A stretch of DNA of 57,301 bases from a virus (Duplodnaviria > Caudoviricetes): positions 1 through 57,301 of IMG/VR virus record IMGVR_UViG_3300045738_002091; one strand, given 5' to 3'. The notes beneath the pieces were generated by a model. The model was not told where the DNA came from. It did not search any database and saw nothing but the letters and a program-made list of their open reading frames with translations. Positions 36,284 to 45,096 of this stretch are shown here, piece by piece. Positions within the stretch are counted from its first letter, which is position 1; every line of letters starts with the position of its first letter. The position numbers were made by a program, and so were the translations under genes.

Positions 36284-38871
36284 GCGTTATTTTCTTTCTT
36301 ATCGGATTTTAATTGTGATAACTTAGTATAGATTTTTTGATCTTGAACTGAAATATTATAGGCGAAAATCGCATCTTCTTTTTTGGTTCCCCTGAGGATA
36401 ACGAGACTGCCTTTTTGGGGGTATCTTCCTCCGTTTTGGGATTTCATGTCGTCTACGCTATCGTTAAAAATGAGTACCGTGATTAATCCGGTTTCATCTT
36501 GGACTTCTGCTTTATAATAGCGCGTTCCTTTTCTTGATTTTCCAGTTCGATAGTCTATTACGGTTCCGGCAAGGGTAATTTTTTCATTTAGACCCGCCTC
36601 TTGCGCTTCGAAAACAGACATCAAATCGCTTCTCTTGTCAGCGTAGATTTCTCTTAACGTCTTATTGTAGGTGAATCCGAGAAGAGTCCTTTCATAATAC
36701 CAATTTGCCAGATCTTCTGATTTTTGATTTATGTCGTAAATTTCTTTGTATGGTTTGTATCGTTTCCTAATGGTTTCTTTTCTGGAATCTTTAATTAGGG
36801 GGCGACCCTTTTCATCGTTTAGTTTGCTTATGTGCCTTAATATTTCTAATAGGTTTTCTTTAAATTTTTCTTTATATTTTACTACAATTTTCTTTTCCCT
36901 AAAGGTCAAAATATTCCAAAGTTGTGCCTCAAGCACAGTCCGGCTTCTGGTCTGTTTCTCAGTTTCGAGTGCTCCTGCTTGAAGTAGGGCGGATAATATG
37001 CCGATTCCAATTTTAGCCTCTTCCGCTCCTTGAAACACTCCGAATTTGTTTGAGTATTTTTTTCTAAAACTCTGGAGCTTTTCAATTGATTTGTCAGAGA
37101 TCCCCTTTATAGACAAGAGGCCAAAACGAATGTTTTTATTTTCAATTGTAAAATCTAAATCAGATTTTAAAATATGAGGAGGTAAAAGCTTCATGTCAAA
37201 TTGATGAAGTTCTTTGTGGATTTTAGAAATTTCGTCAATCGGATCTCCCTCGTTTCGAGTCATCCTTAAAAGAGACAAGTAAAATTCTTTTGGATGTTTG
37301 AACTTAAGATAAATCGTAATTGCAGCAAGTGCAGCATAGGAAATGGAATGAGACTTGTTGAATGAGTAATTAGCAGAGTCTTCTAGAACTTTCCATAGTA
37401 CATTACTAATTTTTTTGTCCAGATTATTTTCTTTGACTTTGTTTTTAATTTTCTTTTTCCATTCACGAACTTCAGACACTTTCTTTTTGCCGACAATGCG
37501 GCGAAGGATTTCAGCTTCATCAAGAGTAAAGCCAACTTTATGAGCCATCTTCATTAGCTGTTCTTGATATAGGGCTACCCCTCCTGTCGATGCTAAAATG
37601 TCCTCAAAAAACGGATGAATTACGTCATAGGTTTCATTGTTTACATAGTTTGCGTATTGATTTACATACGCTAATGCTCCGGGTCTAGCTAAGGCTAAGA
37701 CCGCACTTAGTTGTTCTAAATTTTTAGGCTTAACTTTTCGGCAGACTCTAAAGTTCGTATCGGCTTCGATCTGAAATAATCCATGAGGCGCTTTAAGATC
37801 TTGGAGATTTTGATAGATGGCAGGATCGTTAAGGTCAATGTCTTCAGCATTTATTCCAATTTTCTTACATGCGTCATCAACAACGGAAGCACTACGTAAC
37901 CCAAGTATGTCCAATTTCACATTTGAAATGGATACGTAATTCATATCGTAACTGGTTATAGAGCTTTTATCAGAAGAAAGCTCCGTGGGGCAACAATCTT
38001 CGAGCTTATCATACGACAATGAAATTGCAGAAGCATGTACGCTTTTATTTTTTATGAGACCTCGAAGCTTAAGCGCAATTTTATAAGATTCTTCATTTTC
38101 ATCACACCAGTCTTTAAATTTGGGCTCTTCTTCATACGCCTCTTCAAGATCTTTAACAATCCCAAAGACTCTCGGGATCAGAGAAGTAACTTCATTCATC
38201 TCTTGTTCTGTTTTTTCTCCGACAATCTTACCGCATTCCTTCATTACGAGTTTCCCGCTAAGAGTGTTAAAGGTTACGATTTTTGACGTTCTTTCTGAAA
38301 AAAGCCCTTCAAGATATTTGATTACCGTCTGCCTATTATAATAACAAACGTCAACATCAATATCACACATCAATGATCCATCTAAGTATGTTACTCCATC
38401 TATTACTTGCTTCTTGGTGCGAGCTTTTGATATGAACCTTTCGAAAAAAAGATCATATTTAATCGGGTCTATTTTTGTTACCCCTATAAAAAACAAAATC
38501 AAGCTCCCAGCCGCAGAGCCTCGGCCCAATCCAATTGCTATTTTGTTTTCTTTGCAAAAATTAATTACCATCCATACTAAAAGGATGTAATCGGTAAACT
38601 CCAGTTCCTTAAGAACTTTTAATTCGTATTTTGCTCTCTTTATGTATTTTTTATACAGGTCAGAGTTCTTTTTTAAGCCTAAGCTTTCGAACCCTTCTAA
38701 GGAGAGAGCTCTGAGGAAATCATGATTTGAACAGTCCTCACTAAGCTTGTGCTTCCGTTTTAAATTTAAATCAATTTGAAAATTTGGAAGCCTTACTCCA
38801 TATAGGGGAAGGTTTATTTTTTTAAACTGCTTTAAAAATAATTTTTCGTTATTAGAATTCGAAACTGCCAT
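36280..38871 (-). CDS. dnaE: DNA polymerase III alpha (family C) catalytic core lacking the PHP domain
   Basis: GLGRGSAAGSL, IDPIKYDLFFERF, CDIDVD, SVHASA, KLDILGL, GLFQIE, LALARPG, LYQEQLM, YSFNKSHS..YA, IRFGLLSIKGI and a C-terminal OB fold. The start is uncertain (38871 preferred; the ORF extends to 38907). Confidence 0.95.
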   Translation of the reverse strand: MAVSNSNNEKLFLKQFKKINLPLYGVRLPNFQIDLNLKRKHKLSEDCSNHDFLRALSLEGFESLGLKKNSDLYKKYIKRAKYELKVLKELEFTDYILLVWMVINFCKENKIAIGLGRGSAAGSLILFFIGVTKIDPIKYDLFFERFISKARTKKQVIDGVTYLDGSLMCDIDVDVCYYNRQTVIKYLEGLFSERTSKIVTFNTLSGKLVMKECGKIVGEKTEQEMNEVTSLIPRVFGIVKDLEEAYEEEPKFKDWCDENEESYKIALKLRGLIKNKSVHASAISLSYDKLEDCCPTELSSDKSSITSYDMNYVSISNVKLDILGLRSASVVDDACKKIGINAEDIDLNDPAIYQNLQDLKAPHGLFQIEADTNFRVCRKVKPKNLEQLSAVLALARPGALAYVNQYANYVNNETYDVIHPFFEDILASTGGVALYQEQLMKMAHKVGFTLDEAEILRRIVGKKKVSEVREWKKKIKNKVKENNLDKKISNVLWKVLEDSANYSFNKSHSISYAALAAITIYLKFKHPKEFYLSLLRMTRNEGDPIDEISKIHKELHQFDMKLLPPHILKSDLDFTIENKNIRFGLLSIKGISDKSIEKLQSFRKKYSNKFGVFQGAEEAKIGIGILSALLQAGALETEKQTRSRTVLEAQLWNILTFREKKIVVKYKEKFKENLLEILRHISKLNDEKGRPLIKDSRKETIRKRYKPYKEIYDINQKSEDLANWYYERTLLGFTYNKTLREIYADKRSDLMSVFEAQEAGLNEKITLAGTVIDYRTGKSRKGTRYYKAEVQDETGLITVLIFNDSVDDMKSQNGGRYPQKGSLVILRGTKKEDAIFAYNISVQDQKIYTKLSQLKSDKKENNA

Positions 38872-39100
38872 CTTCTTGGACATCTGGTCCGGATGTATCG
38901 TCGTCATCTTCTTCTCTTATGTCAAGAACCAACTGTTCTAAGACTGCCAAAATTGCCTTTTTTGACGTTGGTGATTTGATTTGTAAAAAAACGTCAACTT
39001 TATCACTGCGACTCCCTTCCCTAAGGGCAAGGATGATATAATCCATATTTTCAGCATCCAGTTTTTCAGTGAGGTCGTAAATGTGATCAAGCGACGGCAT
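38852..39100 (-). CDS. Small acidic hypothetical protein
   Basis: ATG 39100 (MPSLDHIYDL) lies directly after a sigma70-like promoter; 82 aa. Confidence 0.65.
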   Translation of the reverse strand: MPSLDHIYDLTEKLDAENMDYIILALREGSRSDKVDVFLQIKSPTSKKAILAVLEQLVLDIREEDDDDTSGPDVQEDGSFEF

Positions 39101-39107
39101 TTCCCTA

Positions 39108-39136
39108 AAAATAAGAGCGTTTAAGGAATAAGTCAA
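39108..39136 (-). promoter_or_regulatory. Sigma70-like promoter TTGACT-N17-TATTTT, 7 nt before ATG 39100
   Basis: The minus strand reads TTGACTtattccttaaacgctctTATTTTtagggaaATG. Confidence 0.65.
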
Positions 39137-39147
39137 AGACTAATTTA

Positions 39148-39153
39148 GTGTAA
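39148..39153 (+). promoter_or_regulatory. GTGTAA motif (putative late promoter), 9 nt before ATG 39163
   Basis: TTAGTGTAAATCATATAT-ATG at the head of the fibre/adhesin cassette. Confidence 0.55.
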
Positions 39154-39162
39154 ATCATATAT

Positions 39163-39543
39163 ATGGCACTTTCAAAAATTAATTTAGTAAGGCTGAAAAG
39201 TGGAGAAGCTCCCACTGATGGTAGCCTGATCACCTATGATTCTAATACTACGCTTTATCAAGCTCAAACTCAAACTGGTTTTCTCTATGAGGTTTCCCCA
39301 TATATTAAGCTAAGTGAAACCGATAACGATGCTAATTTTATATCCCTCGACTATGTTCCGTTGAACTCAATATCAGTAGACGGAACCTTGGTTGGGGTAG
39401 ATAATAGGATTGCAGATATAGGACCTTACGTTTTGACTCCCAATGAAGTTTCTGATGGGGCTTATTCTCAACATTTCATAAGCACAGATACCCCCGTCGA
39501 AGCTAGTGGTAAAGATGGGGATCTTTGGTTCGTGATTGCTTAG
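39163..39543 (+). CDS. Small putative tail-fibre-associated protein
   Basis: Ends in FISTDTP...SGKDGDLWF, a P...G.DGD.W motif common in fibre junction domains. First gene of the adhesin cassette. Confidence 0.5.
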   Translation: MALSKINLVRLKSGEAPTDGSLITYDSNTTLYQAQTQTGFLYEVSPYIKLSETDNDANFISLDYVPLNSISVDGTLVGVDNRIADIGPYVLTPNEVSDGAYSQHFISTDTPVEASGKDGDLWFVIA

Positions 39544-39549
39544 CTTAAC

Positions 39550-42500
39550 ATGAAGTTCAAAAGACATTTTTATATCAAGGACCTTGATAGGGAAATAGGC
39601 GCTATAGAAAATGTTCCCCTGTCTGAATCTATTGGATATGTGGGAGATCCCCACTGGGAAAAAGTAGGATTGTTAATACAGTCAAACGACATTAGTGAAA
39701 GCACGGATATTATAGATAAATCCCAATACAAACGTCCTTTAACCCTTAATGGTATCGAAAATTCAATAAGCCGCATACAAAATAATGATGAATTTAAACT
39801 CGACTATGGTAATTATAGTATCTGGGGAATCGAATCAAAAAAACGTATTTATGTAGGGCAACGGCATCAGAGTCATAATCTACATTGTCTTACGTGGGAT
39901 GTACATGGAAAATTAACGCTTCAGGATACGATAAATTTACCGATTACACCCGATGGGGAGCATGGTCAACCAACTGGTGGTTACAGAAGCGCAGTTTGGG
40001 GAGACGAAAATTATGTTTATATAGCCATTGGATATTTCGAGACCGACGTGTTCAACAATCCTTCTGAGGATGGCCACAATTGGGGCAGTGCCATTGCGGT
40101 TTTTTCTGTAAGCGATAGTGGCAAATTGGCTTTCGTAGAATATAAGTTTTTGCCAGAGGGCAATCAAACTATCAGAGGCATGTGGGGAGATGAACAATTT
40201 ATTTATGCTTCCGGACAGCATGGGTGGAAAATCAACGAAGGTGCGACAGCCGCTGGAGTGATTACTATTGATGACTTTTACGGTCCATTAATACTTATCT
40301 ATTCTAAAAATTCTGATGGTACGCTGTCTCTTGTTTCTTCAACGTATGATATGCAATCTGACCCTTTTTGGGATACAGGTAGGGCAGATGGGCCAAACCC
40401 AACCCTAGCTGGAACAGTCTTGTTGATACAATCTGATACTACAGACGGCAGCGTGGTGATTGTAGACTCATCCAGAAAAAATCACACAATTGTCGATAAC
40501 AACGTAAATCATAGTACCGTACATTCGAAATGGGGAAGTAGTTCTCTTTTATTCGATGGTGACGGAGACTATTTGGAAATTCAGATGGCAACCGCAAGGT
40601 CAAATGAATATCCACAGGGTAGGATAACAGATTTTGATTTTGATGGTCGTGATGTGACTATCGAATTTTGGTGGAAACACATTAATCATTCACCGAATGG
40701 CCACGTCGCGGCTTGGGGTTCCGGTTTCATGAAAGAGGATAGCCTAATGAGCAAGGGGCAAGTGAATTATAACGGCAATGGCTGGCAATTTCGATTAATG
40801 CAGGAAGATGATTCCATGTCTTATTGGAAAAAGGGAACCGTTTTATTCTCCTTGTACGGAGATATGCGCCCTGATGGGGACGACGAGCTCGGTGGGACTG
40901 GTCAGTTCGGAGGGGCTCATTTGGCTAGTGATCAAGCTCTTGATGATGGGGAATGGCATCATATCGCAGTTACAAGAGAAGCAGTCGGAGGGCTAGGTCA
41001 TTGGCGTATGTATGTAGATGGAGCATTACAAGATGGTGCTTCTATTGGTCCTCCAGTTTCTCCGGGCGAACCACAACTTGATGGAGTCCTCAGTCTTTAT
41101 AATACGTTTGATACAGATTGGGACCTTTTAATAGGAGCCGGAAGAAGATACGAGGATGGAAAGATTGGTTATTTCGGCAACTTTTATATGGAAGACATTA
41201 GAATAACTAAAGGCCGCCGACGATTTACAAACACGACAATAGGTCAAGAAGCGACTGGAGTAGAAAAACTTTTCAAGATCAGAAAACACCCAGCACTGAA
41301 CGCACAGTCGTTACCTCAGGAAGTGGGCGAGGTTCGATCCATCATCGAAAAAGATGGATATGTAAGTGCAAGTGTCGGAAATGGGTGGATCTCCTACGAA
41401 CTAAATAGAGAGACGGGAGAGCTAACCGTGACCGATGATGAGCCATCTTGGTCTTATTCTTATATGACAACTGCAGATTCGAAATTCAATTATTTAAAAG
41501 TGCATGGAACAATATACGCCTTTAGAACGACCAATGGAATTATTCACGATGTCGCCCCCACCAGCAGAAATCCCGAGGGTTCTGTTTCTCTCGAAAACCC
41601 AATAACTTCTAGTTACACAGTCGTTGCCGCAGACAAAGACTATGTTTACGTAGCTGGAGTGACACAAGATCATGAAAAACACCTTTTATTTGGTACTGGC
41701 GTTAAGACTTATGATGCTAGGATTTCAGTCTATTCCGTGGATGAAGAAACAGGGATTTGGACTCTTATTGCTTCCTACTATACTCGAAATTTATCGAATG
41801 GTAGAGATTACCTTGCGCCGTCCGATCTTTGGGTGGGTGGTGGTTTTATTTTTGCTTCGATAAGCGACAATTTATCATCTTTTAAATTTTTTCAATCCGG
41901 TAAAAGCACAACGGAAGACTCTCAAATTTCTACCGCTCTTTCTTTTGATGGAATAGATGATTCTATCACCACGCCAAAAATCGATTTCGATGAATTTGGG
42001 AGTGACGACTTTACCATAGAATGTTGGGTAAATAGTACTGGTAATCCAAGTGCGATGATGCAACCACTTATTTCCAAGGTTAAGTCTGGTTCAATCTACC
42101 ACCCGCAAGGGTGGGTTTTAGGGGTGCTGTCCTCGACTAGCAAAGGCCGCTTGTTATTTTACGATCAGCAAACCATAGAAGAATACGGAGTAATATTTCT
42201 TGGCTCGAAGTACGACATTCTTGATGGTCAGTGGCATCACGTTGCCGTTACTAGAAAAGATGGCTTAATTTCTCTTTGGGTTGATGGAAAAATTGAATCA
42301 AGGCAATCGGATGGGGCAACTGCTGTAGTCTCTGATTCTTTTCCTCCTTTCGTAGGCGATGGCCAAGTAATCCAAATTGGAGAACTCTATTCTAGTAATG
42401 TTTATAGTAGAAACTATGAAAATTTCTTCAAGGGTCTTCTTGACGATATCAGAATCACAAGTCACGCAAGATATGACACAAATTTCGACGTATCGAAAGA

Positions 42501-45096
42501 ACCGTCCCCTACTTACCTACAACAGTTATCCCCCATAAAGTTAAAATTTAGAGGAGGTAGCCTTTCAGAAAAGGAAACTCAGAAATTCGCCCTTAATCCT
42601 ATTGATTATTCCGCTTTGAAAAATAAGGTATTATTTGGCAATAGGGGCCAAAAAAATGGTTTCATGTATAGAGATTCTGAAAGATCGCTTGAACGCGGTC
42701 TTGTGGACGTTTGGGGAGGTGGAAAATTTATTTACGGAGTTGCTTACAATACATGGACAGAAGGCGGGTTTCGTGTTTATTCCCGTAATGCTTCAGGTAA
42801 ATTAACGCTTAGGGGTTCTCATGGTGGTCTTGGCCAAGAGGGGCGAGGCGTTTGGGCAGATGATGGGCTTGTGCTTGCAGCTTTAGGAAGTGGAGGACTT
42901 AGGTCTTATTCTATTAGCGATGAAGGAATTCCCACTACGCTAGAGACACTAGATACTACTTATGCGAGACAAGTTTTCGTAAAAAAAGACGGCAACCCCG
43001 GCAGTCCAACTTATCTTACCAGATTTGTTTTTTTAGCTGATCACACATATTTAAGAGTCTATAAGCAGATTGGTGAAGGCCGCGAATCACTTCCTGCATC
43101 ATCGGATTTAATAAATGTACATAATGAATCGACTTGGGGTGGTTCTAGAAGTAGCATTTGTAGTGGCGTTTGGGCCGATGATGAGTGGGTTTATTCTTCT
43201 CAGACTAATTGGGGTTTATATATTTGGAAAGTCGTCGATGCCGGAACTCTTGAATACTATAATGGACACGCCAGAGGAGACCCATACTCTTATACATATA
43301 ATGCACGTCACGTTTGGTCAGATGGAAATTTTATTTATGTATCTTATGGAAAAGATGGTTTATATGTTTACAAATGGAACCCTGCGTGGGGGAGTAGAGG
43401 AACGCTAGAACTTAAGAGTCGTGTTTCAGTAAGCTCGTACAAGGTTTGGGGGGATGGAGATTTTATTTATGTAGTTGACAGGAAAAAATTACATATTTAC
43501 ACCGTCTCTTCGGGGGGAAATATGACTCTCAGAGATTCAATTAGCAAAGACGATTCATCAGAACTAAGTGTTTGGGGAGATGGGAAATTTATTTATACTG
43601 CCAATAGGCTAGAGGGTGCAGATCTGTGCAAGGGTGGATTATATAGTTACTCCCTTGTCGAAGCTCGCGGGAAAGAAACACAGATATACCCATCGAGTAA
43701 TAAAGAGGGTCCGGTTCATGACTTAAATTGTACTTGGCCGCCGGTCACATTTGGGAACGGGCATTTCATAGAGGGATATCGCTATACTGAAGATCCTCTG
43801 GGCGTTCGGAATGGTCATGGCCGTACAATATACGATGGAGTAGGTTTAAATAGACACCCATACATAAGCCCATGCAGTAAAACGTGTGATCATGCCAGTT
43901 GGCTCTTTAATTCAATTAGTGCTAATGTTCCGCCTTATTACGGCTCAATGACACAGAGTGAAAACATGAACAATCCCTTGGGAGACTTTAGGCATTTTTT
44001 ATCGACGGGAGACCAAGAAGCATACGGAATCGATGATCAGGGAAATTATCTTAAAATCTCAAGCAAAGAAAGTGATGCATACGATTTTGCTAATTTGGAT
44101 TTTACAATCGAATTTTGCGTAAGAATACTTCCCATAGTCACAAAATTAGAAAAGCCCGGAGCATACAATGTCGAAACGGGAATGGGCAAAAGAATCATTC
44201 TTATGAATGGCTCAAGTTGGGTTATAGGGTATGATTGGGATAGTCTTGGGTTCTTTGCGGTAGCCCAGAGAGATACAAAAGAGTCGTATGACCAAGGCAT
44301 TGGGCTTTCGAGTAATTCGCGTAGCCTTTCTACTTTTTATACGGGGACAGCAAGTCCTCCTCATGTTCTTAATTGGGAAAGGGACGATAGCTCGGGAATG
44401 GATGTCAGACTAGGAGGTCAATTTTATGATGATAATCATTGGCATCATGTAGCATTTACTAGGCATGGAAATAGTTTGTCATTGTTTGTAGATGGTTTTT
44501 TGAAAGACAAAATAAGTATAGATAGCAGCGTAAGCTATGCCCAAGATGGTTGGAATAATTATGGATATCTATATGGTCCAAGCGTTGCACAAACAACAAA
44601 GCCATCTAATATAGTTTACATAGGCAAAGATTCGGGTAATCTTGTAATAGACGAACCGTGGTTTCGAAACGTACGATTTACTCAGGGAAGTTATGGAGGT
44701 GCAACATTGGTAACCAATGTATGGAATAGCACTCTATCGAATATTCCAGCTATACTGGGTACTCCCTTCAACACCTCGTTCCCCCTCTACCCCTCAAGAA
44801 ATTGGAAAGAAGGTGTGCCAAATTTAATGGGCGCTAATGGGACAATTGATGAAACCTCTTATCACCTTTTCGGCAGTATGGATTTTATGAGAATTATAAA
44901 AGGTCATGCAGAATACACTGAAAATTTTCTCCCATGCCCTAATTTTGACCTCAAAGTCTCACTCCCCACTCATTGGAGAAGGGTCAATGGACTTTCCGTA
45001 AAAAATAAAAATACAAAAATCGGAGAAACAGCAGCCACTTGGAAAGAGGTGGTAAATGGCTACCTTAAAGTCAATAACGTATGGGAGATACAATAA
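39550..45096 (+). CDS. Putative receptor-binding/fibre protein with three LamG domains and LVIVD-like beta-propeller repeats (1848 aa)
   Basis: Three (D)xxWHH(I/V)A(V/F)TR...VDG...(D/E)xxRI LamG cores; about a dozen VWGDGxFIY(V)-type blades; C-terminal WKEVVNGYLKVNNVW motif. Confidence 0.8.
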   Translation: MKFKRHFYIKDLDREIGAIENVPLSESIGYVGDPHWEKVGLLIQSNDISESTDIIDKSQYKRPLTLNGIENSISRIQNNDEFKLDYGNYSIWGIESKKRIYVGQRHQSHNLHCLTWDVHGKLTLQDTINLPITPDGEHGQPTGGYRSAVWGDENYVYIAIGYFETDVFNNPSEDGHNWGSAIAVFSVSDSGKLAFVEYKFLPEGNQTIRGMWGDEQFIYASGQHGWKINEGATAAGVITIDDFYGPLILIYSKNSDGTLSLVSSTYDMQSDPFWDTGRADGPNPTLAGTVLLIQSDTTDGSVVIVDSSRKNHTIVDNNVNHSTVHSKWGSSSLLFDGDGDYLEIQMATARSNEYPQGRITDFDFDGRDVTIEFWWKHINHSPNGHVAAWGSGFMKEDSLMSKGQVNYNGNGWQFRLMQEDDSMSYWKKGTVLFSLYGDMRPDGDDELGGTGQFGGAHLASDQALDDGEWHHIAVTREAVGGLGHWRMYVDGALQDGASIGPPVSPGEPQLDGVLSLYNTFDTDWDLLIGAGRRYEDGKIGYFGNFYMEDIRITKGRRRFTNTTIGQEATGVEKLFKIRKHPALNAQSLPQEVGEVRSIIEKDGYVSASVGNGWISYELNRETGELTVTDDEPSWSYSYMTTADSKFNYLKVHGTIYAFRTTNGIIHDVAPTSRNPEGSVSLENPITSSYTVVAADKDYVYVAGVTQDHEKHLLFGTGVKTYDARISVYSVDEETGIWTLIASYYTRNLSNGRDYLAPSDLWVGGGFIFASISDNLSSFKFFQSGKSTTEDSQISTALSFDGIDDSITTPKIDFDEFGSDDFTIECWVNSTGNPSAMMQPLISKVKSGSIYHPQGWVLGVLSSTSKGRLLFYDQQTIEEYGVIFLGSKYDILDGQWHHVAVTRKDGLISLWVDGKIESRQSDGATAVVSDSFPPFVGDGQVIQIGELYSSNVYSRNYENFFKGLLDDIRITSHARYDTNFDVSKEPSPTYLQQLSPIKLKFRGGSLSEKETQKFALNPIDYSALKNKVLFGNRGQKNGFMYRDSERSLERGLVDVWGGGKFIYGVAYNTWTEGGFRVYSRNASGKLTLRGSHGGLGQEGRGVWADDGLVLAALGSGGLRSYSISDEGIPTTLETLDTTYARQVFVKKDGNPGSPTYLTRFVFLADHTYLRVYKQIGEGRESLPASSDLINVHNESTWGGSRSSICSGVWADDEWVYSSQTNWGLYIWKVVDAGTLEYYNGHARGDPYSYTYNARHVWSDGNFIYVSYGKDGLYVYKWNPAWGSRGTLELKSRVSVSSYKVWGDGDFIYVVDRKKLHIYTVSSGGNMTLRDSISKDDSSELSVWGDGKFIYTANRLEGADLCKGGLYSYSLVEARGKETQIYPSSNKEGPVHDLNCTWPPVTFGNGHFIEGYRYTEDPLGVRNGHGRTIYDGVGLNRHPYISPCSKTCDHASWLFNSISANVPPYYGSMTQSENMNNPLGDFRHFLSTGDQEAYGIDDQGNYLKISSKESDAYDFANLDFTIEFCVRILPIVTKLEKPGAYNVETGMGKRIILMNGSSWVIGYDWDSLGFFAVAQRDTKESYDQGIGLSSNSRSLSTFYTGTASPPHVLNWERDDSSGMDVRLGGQFYDDNHWHHVAFTRHGNSLSLFVDGFLKDKISIDSSVSYAQDGWNNYGYLYGPSVAQTTKPSNIVYIGKDSGNLVIDEPWFRNVRFTQGSYGGATLVTNVWNSTLSNIPAILGTPFNTSFPLYPSRNWKEGVPNLMGANGTIDETSYHLFGSMDFMRIIKGHAEYTENFLPCPNFDLKVSLPTHWRRVNGLSVKNKNTKIGETAATWKEVVNGYLKVNNVWEIQ

